Source of the DNA: Octopus vulgaris | Taxonomy: Eukaryota | Assembly: GCA_951406725.2 (NCBI GenBank) | Contig: OX597814.1 | Span: 122,946,001-123,010,000, forward strand | Direction of reading: 5' to 3' | Length of the DNA stretch: 64,000 bases | In this document: one piece after another, positions 35,730 through 51,329 of the stretch | Layout of the letters: the number at the start of each line of letters is the position of its first letter | Position numbering within the stretch: position 1 is the stretch's first letter | Made by a program: the position numbers and the translations under genes | Notes under the pieces: model-generated | What the model was told of the DNA's origin: nothing | What the model saw: only the letters and a program-made list of their open reading frames with translations | Database searches by the model: none

Positions 35730-36993
35730 ATACAGTAGAAGTCTAAAATTTCATAACTGGTTGTTGATATGTGATGTTTCATTATTTTTTAATCACATTT
35801 TCTTTGTTTCTGATAAAGTTAACATATCAAAATGGCATTTATGAAAGAAAAATCACAATGTGTTTTGTGGTTTCATGAAACTAAATCGCCAATTCCTGTT
35901 CTACGAAATTTTAGAAAAGACTATAGCCGAAATCCCCCAGGTGCTAAAAGCGTCAAGAACTGGTATAACAAATTCAAAGACTCCAGTAGCGTTGATGACC
36001 GCAAAAGAACTGGCAGGCCACGATATAGTGAAGGGATTGTTGATGTTGTGCGTACTGCTTATAAACGTATCCTTAGGAAATCAACTCGCAGAGTTTCAAG
36101 AGAACTAAGAGTTTCACAGCCAACCATTTTCAAGATTTTGCACAAACGTCTGAAACTTCGGGCATACAAAGTGCATATCGTTCAAACTTTGAAACCTAAC
36201 GATCTTCCCAAACGTGCTGCTTTTGCTGAAGAAATTCTTAACAGAATCGATACGAACAATGGCTATCTTTGACGTGTTGCGTCTTCTGATGAGGAAACTT
36301 TTCACATATCAGGAAAAGTTAACAAACACAATGTAAGAATACGGGCATCGGAGAACCCACACATTGTTGTAGAGCACAAAAGAGACAACTGTAAGGTTAA
36401 TGTCTGGTGCTACCTGATGCATGACAAGGTCACTGGACCTTTCTTTTTTGTTGAGTTCACTATTTCAGCAAACGTTTACCAGGACATGCTGGAACATTAT
36501 GCTCTACCTCGGCTTGAGTAATTTCAGCCATCTATAGTTTTCCAAGATGGGGCCCCTCCACACTGATGTATATGTGTCCGTCAACTTTTGAATAAAACCT
36601 TTCCAAACAGGTGGATTGAAAGAGGTGGACCAACACCATGGCCTCCACGTTCACCAGACATTACCCCACTAGACTTTGGTGGGGCAGGTATCTGAAGGAC
36701 AAAGTGTACAGTACACAAGTTCACGATCTTCAGTATCTAAAGGACAGGATTGCTGAAGCAATTTCATCAGTAACAATTGATATGCTTCAGAAGACATGGC
36801 GTGAAATTGAATATCAATTTGATGTGCTCCGAGCCACAAAAGGGACCCATGTTGAAGTTTACTGAATTTCATTTTATGTGAATAAAAACTTCTAGGCAGA
36901 TGCGTTAAGTGTACCAAAAGCTGTTTTTGTATCTTGAAAATTTTTTTGTTCTGTATAGGTTTATAATCAGAGGAAGACTTTGTAATCACCCTG
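35730..36993 (+). mobile_element. Tc1/mariner superfamily DD41D (rosa/Visitor-type) transposon, decayed
   Basis: CVLWFHETKS..RNFR N-terminal HTH, SDEETF, and QDGAPPH to WPPRSPDITPLD with 41 residues between the Asps. Right TIR ..ctttgtaatcaccctg|ta. Several stops. Confidence 0.88.
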
Positions 36994-37003
36994 TATATAT
37001 AGA

Positions 37004-37727
37004 CGCAGGCGTGGCTGTGTGGTAAGAAGTTTGTAAGAAGATTTATGTTAAAATGGCCCGACTTGGCACCGTCCAGGTGCTTGAATGAGGCGAGGAGCCT
37101 GGTCGGGCATGACAGTTTATAATTGATAATAAAGGTAAGAGGCTTAGTGCCTCATTTTTGTTATTGAATTTTGCAAAAATTTAAGAGGTTTATTGCCCAG
37201 TGAATGAAATATAAAAGAGCAATGTTCTCGGGTAAGCAGCGATCAGCAGGCGTTGCTTGTTGCCCTCATTTATCATCATTTTCATTTGTCATTTCATATA
37301 ACACTATGTCTATGCCCAGCCCGTAGCTTCCCTTCTATGTAAGGCCTTTATGGCCAATATAATGAATAAAAGAAGTTTGTTTTCCAGTTGCATGGTTCTG
37401 ATTTCAGTCCCACTGCGTGGCATGACGGGTAAGTGTCTTCTCCTATAGCGTCGGACTGACCAAAGCATTTTTGAGTGGTTGTGATGGTTGAGGAGAAAAC
37501 TGAATGAAGCCCGTCTCATTCATATGTGTGTGTTCGTGCGTTTCTTCGTCTCCCACCACTGATGTGTATACGTGCCCGTATCTTAGCGGTTCGGTAAAAG
37601 AGACTGATAGAATAAGTACCTGGCTTTAAAAAATAAGTACCGGAGTCAATGCATTCGAGTAAAATTCTTCAAGACAATGCCCCAGTTTGGTCGCAGTCTA
37701 ATGACTGAAAAAGTAAATGATAAAAAG
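37004..37727 (+). mobile_element. SINE family B split by a ~335 bp insertion
   Basis: Head gcaggcgtggctgtgtggtaagaagtttgt; the body resumes at 37370. Confidence 0.8.
37035..37369 (+). mobile_element. Retroposed LINE 3' end (possibly L1/Tx1-like) with 11 bp TSD
   Basis: TSD aagaagtttgt at 37024-37034 and 37370-37380. Short ORF end KMARLGTVQVLE*, then a UTR ending in aatgaataaa. The clade call is tentative. Confidence 0.55.
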
Positions 37728-38269
37728 ATATATATAATCTTTTTTAATTAAAGATTTTTCGTATTTTCTCATTCGCCCTCTCTATTTTATTCTGGGTTAT
37801 TACTATACTTATAGTTAAAAGAACTAATATATAATACACATGATAACGTTTATTATTGCTGTAAAGGATAACTGAAAAGGTGTCCCCGAGAACTTGGTTC
37901 CAATACGTTGAGGATCGCAGTTTTGATCCACGCTGGAATTAATTAATATTATTAAAGCTGGTGACATCTCTCACAACACAAACGTTCTTCATACAGAACT
38001 TCTTTTAAGAATAAATATATTCTCATACAAGTCTATACTTATAATGATTTCCGTAATTCTCTTCACTTCTTTGATTGCCATTCTTATAACAGCTGGAGTA
38101 GACTCACAGAATTCCATAAACTCTTTGAAGCCAAACAAGGCAACTTATGATCTCGCTAATAATTGTCTCACATTAAGATTCCTGCGCGACTTCAAATCGC
38201 CGCATATTGTTGAACATTACAAGCCACTGACGTAACCACGTTCACCACCACCACTAACACCTCCACACC

Positions 38270-38362
38270 CCCATCGTAACTAACCTCACTACCATCAACG
38301 CCCCCATAATTGACCTCTCTACCATCAACACCACCATAATTGACCTCACTACCATCAACATC
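38270..38362. repeat. 30 bp minisatellite, 3 copies, within an ACC-rich low-complexity tract
   Basis: Unit ccataattgacctc(a/t)ctaccatcaac. Confidence 0.8.
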
Positions 38363-39299
38363 ACCAATGAACACGCATCACCCCACCAGCATCATCCTCT
38401 TCACCCACTTCCCCAATCACCACCAACAACACCTTCATTACCTATGCCAACACCACCGTCACCACTACTAACACCATCACCACTACCGACAACAACAACA
38501 GCAGCGGCAACAACAACATGTTTATGACAACCATGTACACCGCCAACCCCAATATAACCACCATCGTCACCACCGTCCCTACCAAGAGAATCACTGCCAC
38601 TGCCACCAACACTAAGCATCACAAACACCACCATCATAATCAGCAACACCACCAAAGCCACCACGTAGTCGTTCAGTCTGCTTGAAATAGCCGACAAATC
38701 TCCCTCAAACAAGACCGCACTATATAAATTATTATAGGAGGGACATATTGAACAAAAGAGTCCAAGATACACAGTGTCTGAAATGAAAGATGGAATGGTG
38801 ATGGCCGTAATGCCTTTGATCGTAGGTGCGTTCGATCAGGGCTGATGCAGTTCTCAGCAACAATAACAGCAACAACAACTATAAAATATGTATTTCCAAC
38901 AAACGCTCTAAGAGTATATTACCATATATTATTATTTCCTGGCCTGTATATCTTTTGTGTGTGCTTATTGAAGAATGAAGAGCAATAGTGGATGAACAGC
39001 GAAAATCTTTACCAAATATATTTATTGCAAATATCCCGTATTTATAAATCAGGCTGAAATCTCTCTCTAACCAATATATATTTCCTTTATTATAACTTTA
39101 ACAGAAATAATACTCCGATCCACCTTCCATAACACATAATCATTGACAGCACAATATTATATAGAAACATATTGGAGGGGAAGCCTTTCGCATTTCTTTC
39201 TAGAACAAAAGTTGGTGTTGTTGTTATTGTTAGTGTTTAGCCTCTGGCTAACGCTGGTTGAGCTGATATATGGAGCATGGTCTTTCAGTTAGCTAGTTC

Positions 39300-39620
39300 G
39301 ATCCTCATCAATCATTGGCATTCTACAAAGCTCAGGTACGGCTCACAATGAAGTATTATTCTCACGTCTGGGGCGATGTTACTACTTCAATCGCAGACAT
39401 ACTAAAACGTGTCCAGAAAAGTTCCATTGAACTGACTGAACAAAAGCAACTCAAAGAAAAACTCCAGCCTCTAATCCGCAAGTGCTTTGTCTCCTCTCTC
39501 AGCATTTTCTACCGCTTCTATAATAGCCTTGGCTCCTCGGAACTGGTAACGCTCAAACATTCCCGACTCTTTTCTTTCTCCTCTCCTCGTCCTGTTTGCT
39601 GCACATCCTTCCCTAATCAC
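39300..39620 (+). mobile_element. CR1/Jockey-group LINE 3' fragment
   Basis: FYKAQVRLTMKYYSHVWG..LKRVQK..LQPL..SSLSIFYRFY (LYK--VRP-MEY-S-VW motif). Confidence 0.75.
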
Positions 39621-40076
39621 CCCCCCCCCCCATCAATACACCCATTCCTTTTTCCTGGAATTTCACCCCAACCAGAATTCACTCACTGCCTGTGTCTTTC
39701 TCACATAATTATTTTCTCCTCTAATTGTGCTGTCCTCGTTTCGAAAATTGATTAGTCCTAAATTTAGATTGATCTTCTTTATTCCTTGAGTTACTCCCTT
39801 GTTATATATTGTGTGTATAAGGCGATTACTTCTGGGATATACTTTAATATATCTTACCTGAAGGATAACGCAGGTGCAGTTAGATTGATTATCAACATCA
39901 GAAGTGAAACCGGTATGCAATAATATATTTTAGGATTTGTAATAATGCATTTTGAAATAAACTTAATGTAATAATGCGGTTTTTTCTTTAATAATCAAAT
40001 TAATTAAAATACAAAAGGAGTTGTGCATTTTATTCTCTAATATCTTTTCTATATCTCGTTACTTGTAAGTTTTTCT

Positions 40077-41512
<1,436 letters not shown>

Positions 41513-42198
41513 GGTTACACTAAAGTGTCTTATTTATTGATTCGTAAATAAGGATCGATATAAAATTGGCGTATACGTGAGTGTACGAGCATGTATCATT
41601 ATATACGCGCCCGTGTGCGTGACGACTATGTTTCTTTGTTTTTGGTGTATTGATGTTCGTGTTTGTGCTTGAGTATGTGTGAATTCATGAATGTTTTCAA
41701 TATAGACGTCCCAATTGTGAAATTTTTTCCACTATTTAACTGACAAATAGAATTGTATTCAAACGAGACATCGTTACATTTCTGACAATGACCATCATGC
41801 GTATAACATTCTAAAGTGAAACGTGTAAAGTGATTTATTTCAGCTGGAAATACAAATTACAGTTTAATGTAATTTAGCGAATAGGAAATATTTTTACATT
41901 TTCTAATATTTCTTTCATTAATAACATGCAGAGGGTTCTCTGTTTCTATTGAAGCTTATTTATTTGTTTATTACAGAAAATACCTTATTTTATTTTCCCG
42001 CCACCCGCCATTTTCTCTGCTACCTTTAGATTTGCTTTGGAACCAATTTAATAGAAAATTGATTTTGGTTTAGCTTTATTTTTCGGATGTTTTCTTTCCT
42101 TGTCATTTCCTATAACCATTTCGTTTTATTGTTTTTCGGTCTCTTTTTACTTTATTTTTACACTTGGCTAAACCAGAATAAATAAAGATCCTTCATAT

Positions 42199-42243
<45 letters not shown>

Positions 42244-42874
42244 ATGTTGTATGAGTTTGTTATATTATGAAATCAATCCGGGATTTAAAGAATAATAAAT
42301 TCTTTTTGACAACCGCTTCATTCATGGATACATTGTAACCGACTCGAGAAAAAAATTAAGACAGAATCTTTTAAATAGTTCTTGTTGAGAACAGGAGAAA
42401 GTAGAAGAAATAAAGAATAAGTGTGATAAAAATGTGAATTTTGTTTTATATTTTTCCATATAATATGTGTTTTCTGCAACGCAAATAGCACATAGATTTC
42501 CCACTAAACCTGTAGCTCTTCACTCGGCGTTTTATATTTTTCTCCGGCGTTTCTTTGCAAAAATCAGATAAAATGAGCGGTTTACTTTCACGTAAGATGT
42601 TTTAGTGTCTTCCGTTTTTTCACTCATTATTTCTTTACATATTTTCATATTCAAATATTCAATTCTATTTTGTCTATTTATTTTCTATTCTTTTTTTCAT
42701 TTATGGAAACGTGTGGCAAGCAAGGAGATAAACCACATTAATTATTTTGAATTTTTCCTTGCTATTATATTATTCAGTGCCAAATCTTTACATTGAAATA
42801 CACAACTATAACAAATTCAACATTCATTTTACTTATTTTTCGTTGTTAAAATCATTTCTCTTTTACTTGCAGCT

Positions 42875-43442
<568 letters not shown>

Positions 43443-45044
43443 AACTTCGAATTCTTCCACTTTTTAATAATTTCAACTCGCTGAAGTAAATTTGCTCATC
43501 CTTAACAAAGAAATAGCTTTAAAGAAATAAAATTAAAATGAAATAAGCCAAAATAAACCTTAAAAAGTTTGGTGTATATTGCTTCCTAAATAGTAGTTTA
43601 GAAAAATAAGAAAAGATACCGCAAGAATTACAGGATGGCTTATTTTTTTACGTACACCATTATATAGTGTCTGTGGTTATAATATGTGCAATATATTTTA
43701 TATATAGAACTTTCTTATAGAATCTACGAGAGTATTGAATATATACTATATGTAAAAGCATTATTTAGCAGGTGAAAGTCTGTTGCATGATGTATTTAAC
43801 TGTGTAAATGCATGTGATGATATTCAGTATTTTAGTATTGAAGAGTGACAAAGATATTTATGATTGAAGTCTGGTAGAAAGACACAGTGAACGAGGTGAA
43901 ATATATAGAAAGAAATATTACTTTCAAAGAGCAAAGGCCGTTAGAGATCGGAAGAAAGAAAAAATGAGAAAGGACAAAACACTGCAAGAGTAGAGTGGTA
44001 TTAAGTAAAATATTGCCTTTCAACCAGAAAAATGTATTTTTTCTTCAGTATCATGTATACGCGTGCATCCGGTTATCTACCTGCTTTTGTATGTGTATGT
44101 GCGTGTATCTGTTGTATCTCACTTCGTTTATGAGCAACACACTATATTTGATGTATGGGCATTTGTCTGAATTTGGGCACATGTATGCCTTTTAGAGGAT
44201 CTGCAACTGTTCAAACTTGAAATATTATAGCTATGTTACATCTGTGTTTTCAATACGATCATGATTGATTGTAAAATTATAAAATCTATCAAATGCGTAG
44301 ACTGAAAGGATTTTAGCTGTGCATTGTACATAAACAATGAAGCTTTATTGCTGAATGTTGTACTTTCTTACATGTTTTTGTGGCTTTGTGTAGAAATCAT
44401 TTTCCAAATTCTCATTAAAATGTATTTCGGATATTTTTAGATGTGAAGACGTACAAAACATTGAGAAAAGCGGAGTATTTATGAGACCTGTAGAGAAAAG
44501 GAGAGGGGAAATGGCGGTAGTTAGAGTGGAGCATGTCATCTTGTCGTTTTTATTATGGATAAAGATGAGAGTAGGTAGTGGATACAGAAATGAAAGAAAA
44601 ATTGCTTTTAAAGAGCATATGAGTAAATATAGATCTAAGACAGTTGATAGTTTGACTCTGAAAGAGCTTAAATATGATGCAAAATACAACTGATTGGAAA
44701 CTGCTAATCTAGATTAGTAAACGCTAAATAAAGTCGTAGGACGGTTTAACATGAGATTTTAAAGCCGCATGATAAAACATTGTTAATAAATAATAGTTTC
44801 TACCTACGCCCTTAATATCCTTTCTACTATAGGCACAAGGCCTGAAATTTTGGGGGAAGAGGCAAGTCGATTACATCGACCCCAGTACTCAACTGGTACT
44901 TACCTACGTTCTTAATATCAGGGCTGATGTCTGCGAAGTCAAAATTTCCAGAAATTACAGATTTTTTTTTTATGAAGCACATTGTCTCTGCCAAAGAGAA
45001 CGACATTACTGTTAAAGTACAAACTTTGAAACCATTATATTATA

Positions 45045-45312
45045 GAAAATACCCAACATAACTTGCATAAACACCCAGCGTCAGCAGTGGAAACACCAAA
45101 CGTCTGTTGTTGAAACAACCAGCATCTGTTCCACAAATAAAAAGAAAAATTCCTGTTGCTGGAACCCCAAGTATCTATAGTTAAAACACCTTTCATTATT
45201 ATCTAAAACACCTAAAGTCTGTAGCTGAAACTACCCAACATCTGTTGCTAAAACCACACAACATTTATTATTAAAACCACAAAAACATCTATTATTGAAA
45301 GTACCTACATTT
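45045..45312. repeat. Diverged 22-23 bp minisatellite, about 11-12 units
   Basis: Units like aaacaccaaacgtctgttgttg, aaacaaccagcatctgttccac and aaactacccaacatctgttgcta. Confidence 0.65.
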
Positions 45313-45759
45313 TTTCTTCTTTCACTTTCACTTCACTTTTACTACAACACAAAACCAAATGTTCTCCCATATGTGTTTCAAATGATATTAGCATGAAGGA
45401 AGCAGTCATGTGACTTACACTGTAAAAGGCTCCTTTATAGACACAGGAAAGTGTATTTCAACATAATAGGTAATTAACGATATTTATCGAAATTAAATAG
45501 TTATTAAGTATCGATTTTTCGATAAATACACCATTATATTTGAAATGATCGATCGAATGCTCTATTCCGTGTTCATTCGATCACTCACTGTTGGTTTGAG
45601 ATTTTAATAATTAACGAAATCGCTTTATTGTCAATGGAAGTTGGTAATTTTTCCTTTTTTTTTTTTTCTTTTTTTTTTCTCTCGCGGAATTACAGAAAAC
45701 TCCACTGAAATAGTCTGAAGAGTATCACACAGTTACCTGCTTCTATAAACTTAAACGAC

Positions 45760-45830
<71 letters not shown>

Positions 45831-46029
45831 CAACAACAACAATAACAACAGCAACAATAACAACAGAATTATAAGAATAATAACAACCTCAACAAAAAAA
45901 ATTATGCTATTTTCCCGCGGCAGTTTCATTCATATCTAAATTAAATAAAAGGCGGATGGGGGATTTTTACGCAAATATACTGTGAAATATTTAAAACAGA
46001 GATAAGAATGACAACTGTACCTGCAATTG

Positions 46030-46030
46030 A

Positions 46031-46092
<62 letters not shown>

Positions 46093-46185
46093 CGAGCAAC
46101 GAGCAGCAGCTGCAGTAGTAGAAGTAGTGGTAGTAGTAGTAGTAGTAGTAGCAGCAGCAGTAGTAGTAGCAGTAGTAGTAGTAGT

Positions 46186-46220
<35 letters not shown>

Positions 46221-46279
46221 TAGTAGTAGTACGAGCAGTAGTAGTAGTAGTACGAGCAGCAGTTGCAGTAGTAGTAGTG

Positions 46280-46310
<31 letters not shown>

Positions 46311-46314
46311 CAGA

Positions 46315-46355
<41 letters not shown>

Positions 46356-46420
46356 TAGTAGTAGTACGAGCAGTAGTAGTAGTAGTAGTAGTAGTAATGC
46401 AGTAGTAGTAGTAGTAGTCA
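46030..46420. repeat. (AGT)n/(AGC)n compound microsatellite
   Basis: Directly visible. Confidence 0.95.
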
Positions 46421-46759
46421 CGGTTATGGTGGAGGTGGTAGTCGTCGTCGTCGCAGTGGTGGTGGTACCATTATTTTAAAATATAATAGCTCATTAAAAT
46501 ACTCAAGCAATTATTACCGCTGCCTTTCACCTACTACTGCTATTATTATGGACACTACTACTACCATTGCCGCTGCTGTTGCTGCTGCTACTGCTGCTGC
46601 TGCCGCTACAAAAAGCGACCAAATGTCGCTAAAATCAAACACTATTGTCGTAGAAAACGAAGATGTTGGACAAAGAATTCCTAGTTACACGAAGGGGATG
46701 TCATGAACAGGATGCCATTAATCAAATTCTTGCTTGATCAAGGTTGACATTCGATTAGA

Positions 46760-47020
46760 GTGGGGGAGCTGCAGGCGAAACCGACGCTGCCATTAACGTT
46801 CTTCAATCGTTTCACGTCAACGGTTGCCGGAAAGACAGGTGCAGAGACATAATTCCAAAGAACCAGCATCCTAAGATAGACTATCTGAGCACAGTGGTTC
46901 GTACAGGACATAGGAGATGGAAACAGCACGAGTAACGATATATGTTGGGACGAGTAAATGAGGAACTCTTGATACAAGGTGTGGTATAACACCAATCATA
47001 TCCATGAAGAAGGAACCTTT
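46760..47020 (-). mobile_element. CR1/Jockey-group LINE extreme 3' fragment
   Basis: CTNHCAQ..LVLWNYVSAPVFPATVDVKRLKNVN resembles LWN-LP--VFP---D---FK--VN. Confidence 0.6.
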
Positions 47021-47026
47021 GTAATA

Positions 47027-47256
47027 CCTATTTCTTTACTACCCACAAGGGGCTAAACACAGAGAGGACAAACAAGGACAAACAAACGGATTAAGTCGAT
47101 TATATCGACCCCAGTGCGTAACTGGTACTTATTTAATCGACCCCGAAAGGATGAAAGGCAAAGTCGACCTCGGCGGAATTTGAACTCAGAACGAAGCGGC
47201 AGACGAAATACCGCTAAGCATTTCGCCCAGCGTGCTAACGTTTCTGCCAGTTCGTT
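47027..47256 (-). mobile_element. SINE family A, young copy
   Basis: Near-consensus; flanked by a tgtaatacc duplication. Confidence 0.9.
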
Positions 47257-47394
47257 GTAATACCGTTAGGAAAATGAGAGGGAGGGGACGGTACAGCTGT
47301 GAGTCAGCGGTCGGAATGTGTCTGTGAGCGATTTTATGTCAATCAGTGGAGTAACCTCCCTTTCGATACCATCTTGGATATCCTGTGTGTAGCA

Positions 47395-47767
47395 GCAGGG
47401 CGTGGCTGTGTGGTAAGAAATTTGCTTCCCATCCACATGATTCCGGGTTCTGCCCCACAGCGTGATACCTTGGGCAAGAGACTTCTGTTACAGACTCATG
47501 CCGACCAAAGCCTTGTAAGTGGATTTGGTAGACGAAACTGAAAGAAACCCGCCGTATGTGTGTGTGTGTGTGTTCCCCATCACCGCTTGATAACCGGTAT
47601 TAGTTTGTTTACGTCCCCGTAACTTAGTGGTTCGGCAGACTTAACAAAAAGAATATGTACCAGACTTAACAAAAAAAATAAGTACTAGTGTCGATTCGTT
47701 CAACTAAAATTCTTCCAAGTGATGGCCCTGCATGGTCGCAGTCTAATTGAAATAAATAAAAGATAAA
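47395..47767 (+). mobile_element. SINE family B
   Basis: Head, CORE-like segment, (TG)n and tail. Confidence 0.85.
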
Positions 47768-47889
47768 ATATAACAGATATCCCAAACCTGGAAGCAATGC
47801 GCCATGGTGTTTTTTCCAATCCGTAATAGTTATGTCTGGGAGATTAGCTTTTTTATTTCTTTGTCAGTTTGAATAGATACATCTTATAT

Positions 47890-48247
47890 TATTATTATCA
47901 TTTCTTTTTACTTTTAATCTGCATGTTTGTTACAGTCACTTGCCGAGACACACTCAGTGTCCTGGGGCGAGTAGAGGATAAGAGATATTACAGTATGACT
48001 GAAAGCTTCGGGAGGGGAAGTAGTGAAATATCTTCATATAATACAACACAAACATTTAAATAGATAGGATTTTTCTAAGGATGTGGGCAGTACTAGTCAG
48101 TACAAACTTTTGGATTTCTCTGAGATATGGTTCTCCTGGAATCTGATCTAGATGTTTCTGACATACCTTTTTTTATCATACCTAGGGCACCTACAATAAC
48201 AGCAATAGTTCTCATTTTAAGATACCACATCTTTGCATTTCAATTTC

Positions 48248-48248
<1 letters not shown>
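47890..48248 (-). mobile_element. RLE-type (R4/Dong-like) LINE 3' end fragment
   Basis: KMWYLKMRTIAVIVGALGMIKK..EIQKFVLTSTAHILRK. Bounded by TTA repeats. Confidence 0.75.
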
Positions 48249-48325
<77 letters not shown>

Positions 48326-48416
48326 CATTATTATTATTATTATCTTATCGTTGTTATTATTATTATTATCATTATTATTATCATTAATATTCTTATTATC
48401 ATCATCATCATCATCA

Positions 48417-48498
<82 letters not shown>

Positions 48499-48505
48499 CA
48501 TCATT
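48249..48505. repeat. (TTA)n microsatellite between two RLE elements
   Basis: Directly visible. Confidence 0.95.
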
Positions 48506-48509
48506 ATAT

Positions 48510-50812
48510 TTGCCTTGGCACAGCTTCTAATGCTGGAGATGTACTGCAGTGTCAGCTGTTCACTACCAGTGAACTAAGGTAACACCTCTTATTTTTCGAG
48601 CACCTTCCAGAGTATTCGAGCGGTTCCATGCAGTGCTGTTTTCTGCAAGTGCTCCACCGTTATTGCAGACCCTATTTGTTCCACGTACTTCTCGAGATTT
48701 TTACTCACTGTTCCCATGGCTCCAACAATTATTGGTACTACTGCTACCTTTTTCATCGACCACAACTGCTTAACTTCCCAAGCTAACCTGTCATATCTCT
48801 CGACTTTTCTTTCTTCCTTATCGCATACTAAGTTGTCAGCTGGGTATGCTATATCTATGATCCAGCATAGTTTGCTTTCTTTCTCGATTAAGACTATGTC
48901 TGGCTTCCTATTCTCTATCTCATGGTTGCACTGAATCATAAAATGACATAGGATCTTTACATTTGTATTTCCGACGATGCCTTCGGGTTTGTGGTCGTAC
49001 CAACTTTTTGCTCTGTCAAGTCCATACTTGTTGCGAAGTGTCAAATGGACAAGCCTAGCTATATTGTCGTGGCGTCTCTTATATTCCTTCTGGGCTAATG
49101 GCATACATTGACTGGAAATATACCATACGGTTTCACTGGTTTGTCCACAGATTCTGCACTTATCACTTTCTGCTGTGTTGTGTATTTTATGTAGTTTGTT
49201 CTTAGTGCCTGCTCATGGGCAGTACAGATTAGAGCCTCCGTTTCCGGTTTTAAATCGCATTTAGTCATCTACAATCATCTTTTTTCTCTGTCTGTCTTAT
49301 CTTCAACACCCCTATGAAATTGACCAAGCATTCTTTTCTTTACCCCCCTATTTTCAGTTTCATTCGTTTTGCAATTTCTTGTATAGTGCTTTATCTTTGC
49401 AATCTTTCATCCTACACAAATCTGACTTTCTTACTTCTAATAATAGCAGTTCTGCGGCACTTTTTACATACCATGCTATGTTGTTTTTTTCTTCTCTAAT
49501 GCTGTGTTCGCATCCAGTAAGTCCTCTTCCCCCTCTTTTTCTTGGTACATACAGTCTGTCTGTGTCAATTTTGGGTTGGAGTGTCCTATATCTAGTTAGC
49601 AACTTCCTTGTCTTTTTGTCTAAGCTATATAGTTCATCTACTGTCCATACGATTACCCCTGCTCCATATCTAAGGAGTGAAACCGCCCGGGTGTTGATAG
49701 CTTCAATCTTATTCTGTCCGTTTAATTTCGACTTAAGGATCAGTCTCAGTCTGCGCAAGAACTCTACCTTAAATTTTTCTGTTATTTCTTTCTCCATCAA
49801 TTTATCCATTTCCAATATCCCCAAGTACTTATAGCCCGTCTCTTCTATCTGCTTCATAACCTCCCCCGACGGTATCGTTAGACCGTCTATACATTTGATT
49901 TTGCCTCTCTTCAAGACTAACACACCACACTTTCTCAGACCGAACTCCATTCTGATATCAGCACTGAAGGTATACACTGTTTGAACGAGGGAACTGACTT
50001 GGACTTCATCGTTACCATAAAGTTTGAGGTCATTCATGAACAACAAATGATTGACTATTTGCTGGCGGCTTTTGAACACATACCCAGCTTTTGCTTTTCC
50101 TCAGAATCAGTGTTAGTGGTATCAAGCACAGTACAAAGATCAGCGGGGACAGGCAGTCCCCTTGGAAAATGCTCCTCCTAATCTCTACTATCCCTAAACT
50201 TCCTCTGTATACTGTCAGGTCCGTCCTCCAATTCGCCATACTTTTTCCAAGCAATCGCTCAACATTCGAGGCAATTACAAATAGGTTCATACATTCCATA
50301 ATCCAAGAATGTTGATCATATCGTACGCCTTAAGATAGTCGATCCTTGACATGGCTAAGTTAGTTTTTTACCTCTTGCAATTTCTAAATACAGTTTTGTC
50401 TATCAGGTGTTGATCCTTAGTACCTCTACACTTACGCTTGCAACCCTTCTGCTCATGTGGCAGGACTCCATTTTTTTCCAGATGTTCGTACATTGACTCT
50501 GCGAGTATTCCAGTCAATAATTTTCACATAAGTGGCAAACAGGATATCGGCCTGTAATTATCTACTGTATTGCCTTTTCCGATGTTTTTCGAGCACAGCA
50601 CTGTCCTACCCAATGTCAACGATTCTGGTGTTACTTGATCGGCATTTAACAATGTGCTGAGTTGCTCAGCTATTCGTGCATGACATTCACCAAATATATT
50701 GATCCAGTAGCCTTGAACTCCATCTAGTCCCAGGGCCTTCCAGTTACTCTTTTTTTTTTTTTTTTGCTGATTTCCTTCACTTCCCTAACTGAAATAACTA
50801 GTTCTCCCTGTT
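48510..50812 (-). mobile_element. R4/Dong-like non-LTR retrotransposon (RT, CCHC-like knuckle, restriction-like endonuclease), 5'-truncated, frameshifted
   Basis: YRPISCLP, IFQGDCLSP, HLLFMNDLKLY, YKYLGI, RLYVPRKRGGRGL, CRICG, RRHD, RKPDIVL, IIDIA and PIIVGAMG. Confidence 0.9.
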
Positions 50813-50829
50813 TGGACAGACTACAATTT

Positions 50830-51225
50830 GTTTCAGTTCTAGCCCGATTGAAGGAGGGCGGCAGTCAATCCTCACTACAGACTCGGCCGACAGACGGATC
50901 CGCCCCACACGTGACAGCAGCTGTTCAACATCACCCCACAAATCAGCAATGCCCCGACACTGAACGAGGACGTGCAGAACGGTTTCGTTATTCTACGCGC
51001 ACTTCGGACAAGTCCGTCTGACAGCACATCCGTACCTGTAGAGTTTATTATGAACAGGTAGCGAATCCCGGTAGCACTGCCAGGCCAAGGACATCTGGAA
51101 ATTATCCATGATAGCTCCCGACCGGAAGTCCTCCAGAACAAACTAGTAAGTTCGTTCTCGTCGGCACCCAGAGTACCCCTGAGAACATCGTCGCACTTCC
51201 CCGCTACTCTGTGTGCCTTGGGCAT
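50830..51225 (-). mobile_element. L1/Tx1-clade ORF2 C-terminal (zinc-binding) fragment
   Basis: Minus strand LPVHNKLYRYG..RTCPKCA*NNETVLHVLVQCRGIADLWGDVEQLL (CxxC..ET--H----C motif). Confidence 0.75.
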
Positions 51226-51229
51226 GTGA

Positions 51230-51329
<100 letters not shown>

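Noticed and set aside
45650-45760. Possible host exon after a polypyrimidine tract and AG
   Set aside because: No convincing donor or coding signal before the (AAT)n tract; cannot be supported without RNA-seq.
46027-46479. Poly-V/S/A/L ORFs
   Set aside because: Translations of (AGT)n/(AGC)n repeats with no splice or homology evidence.
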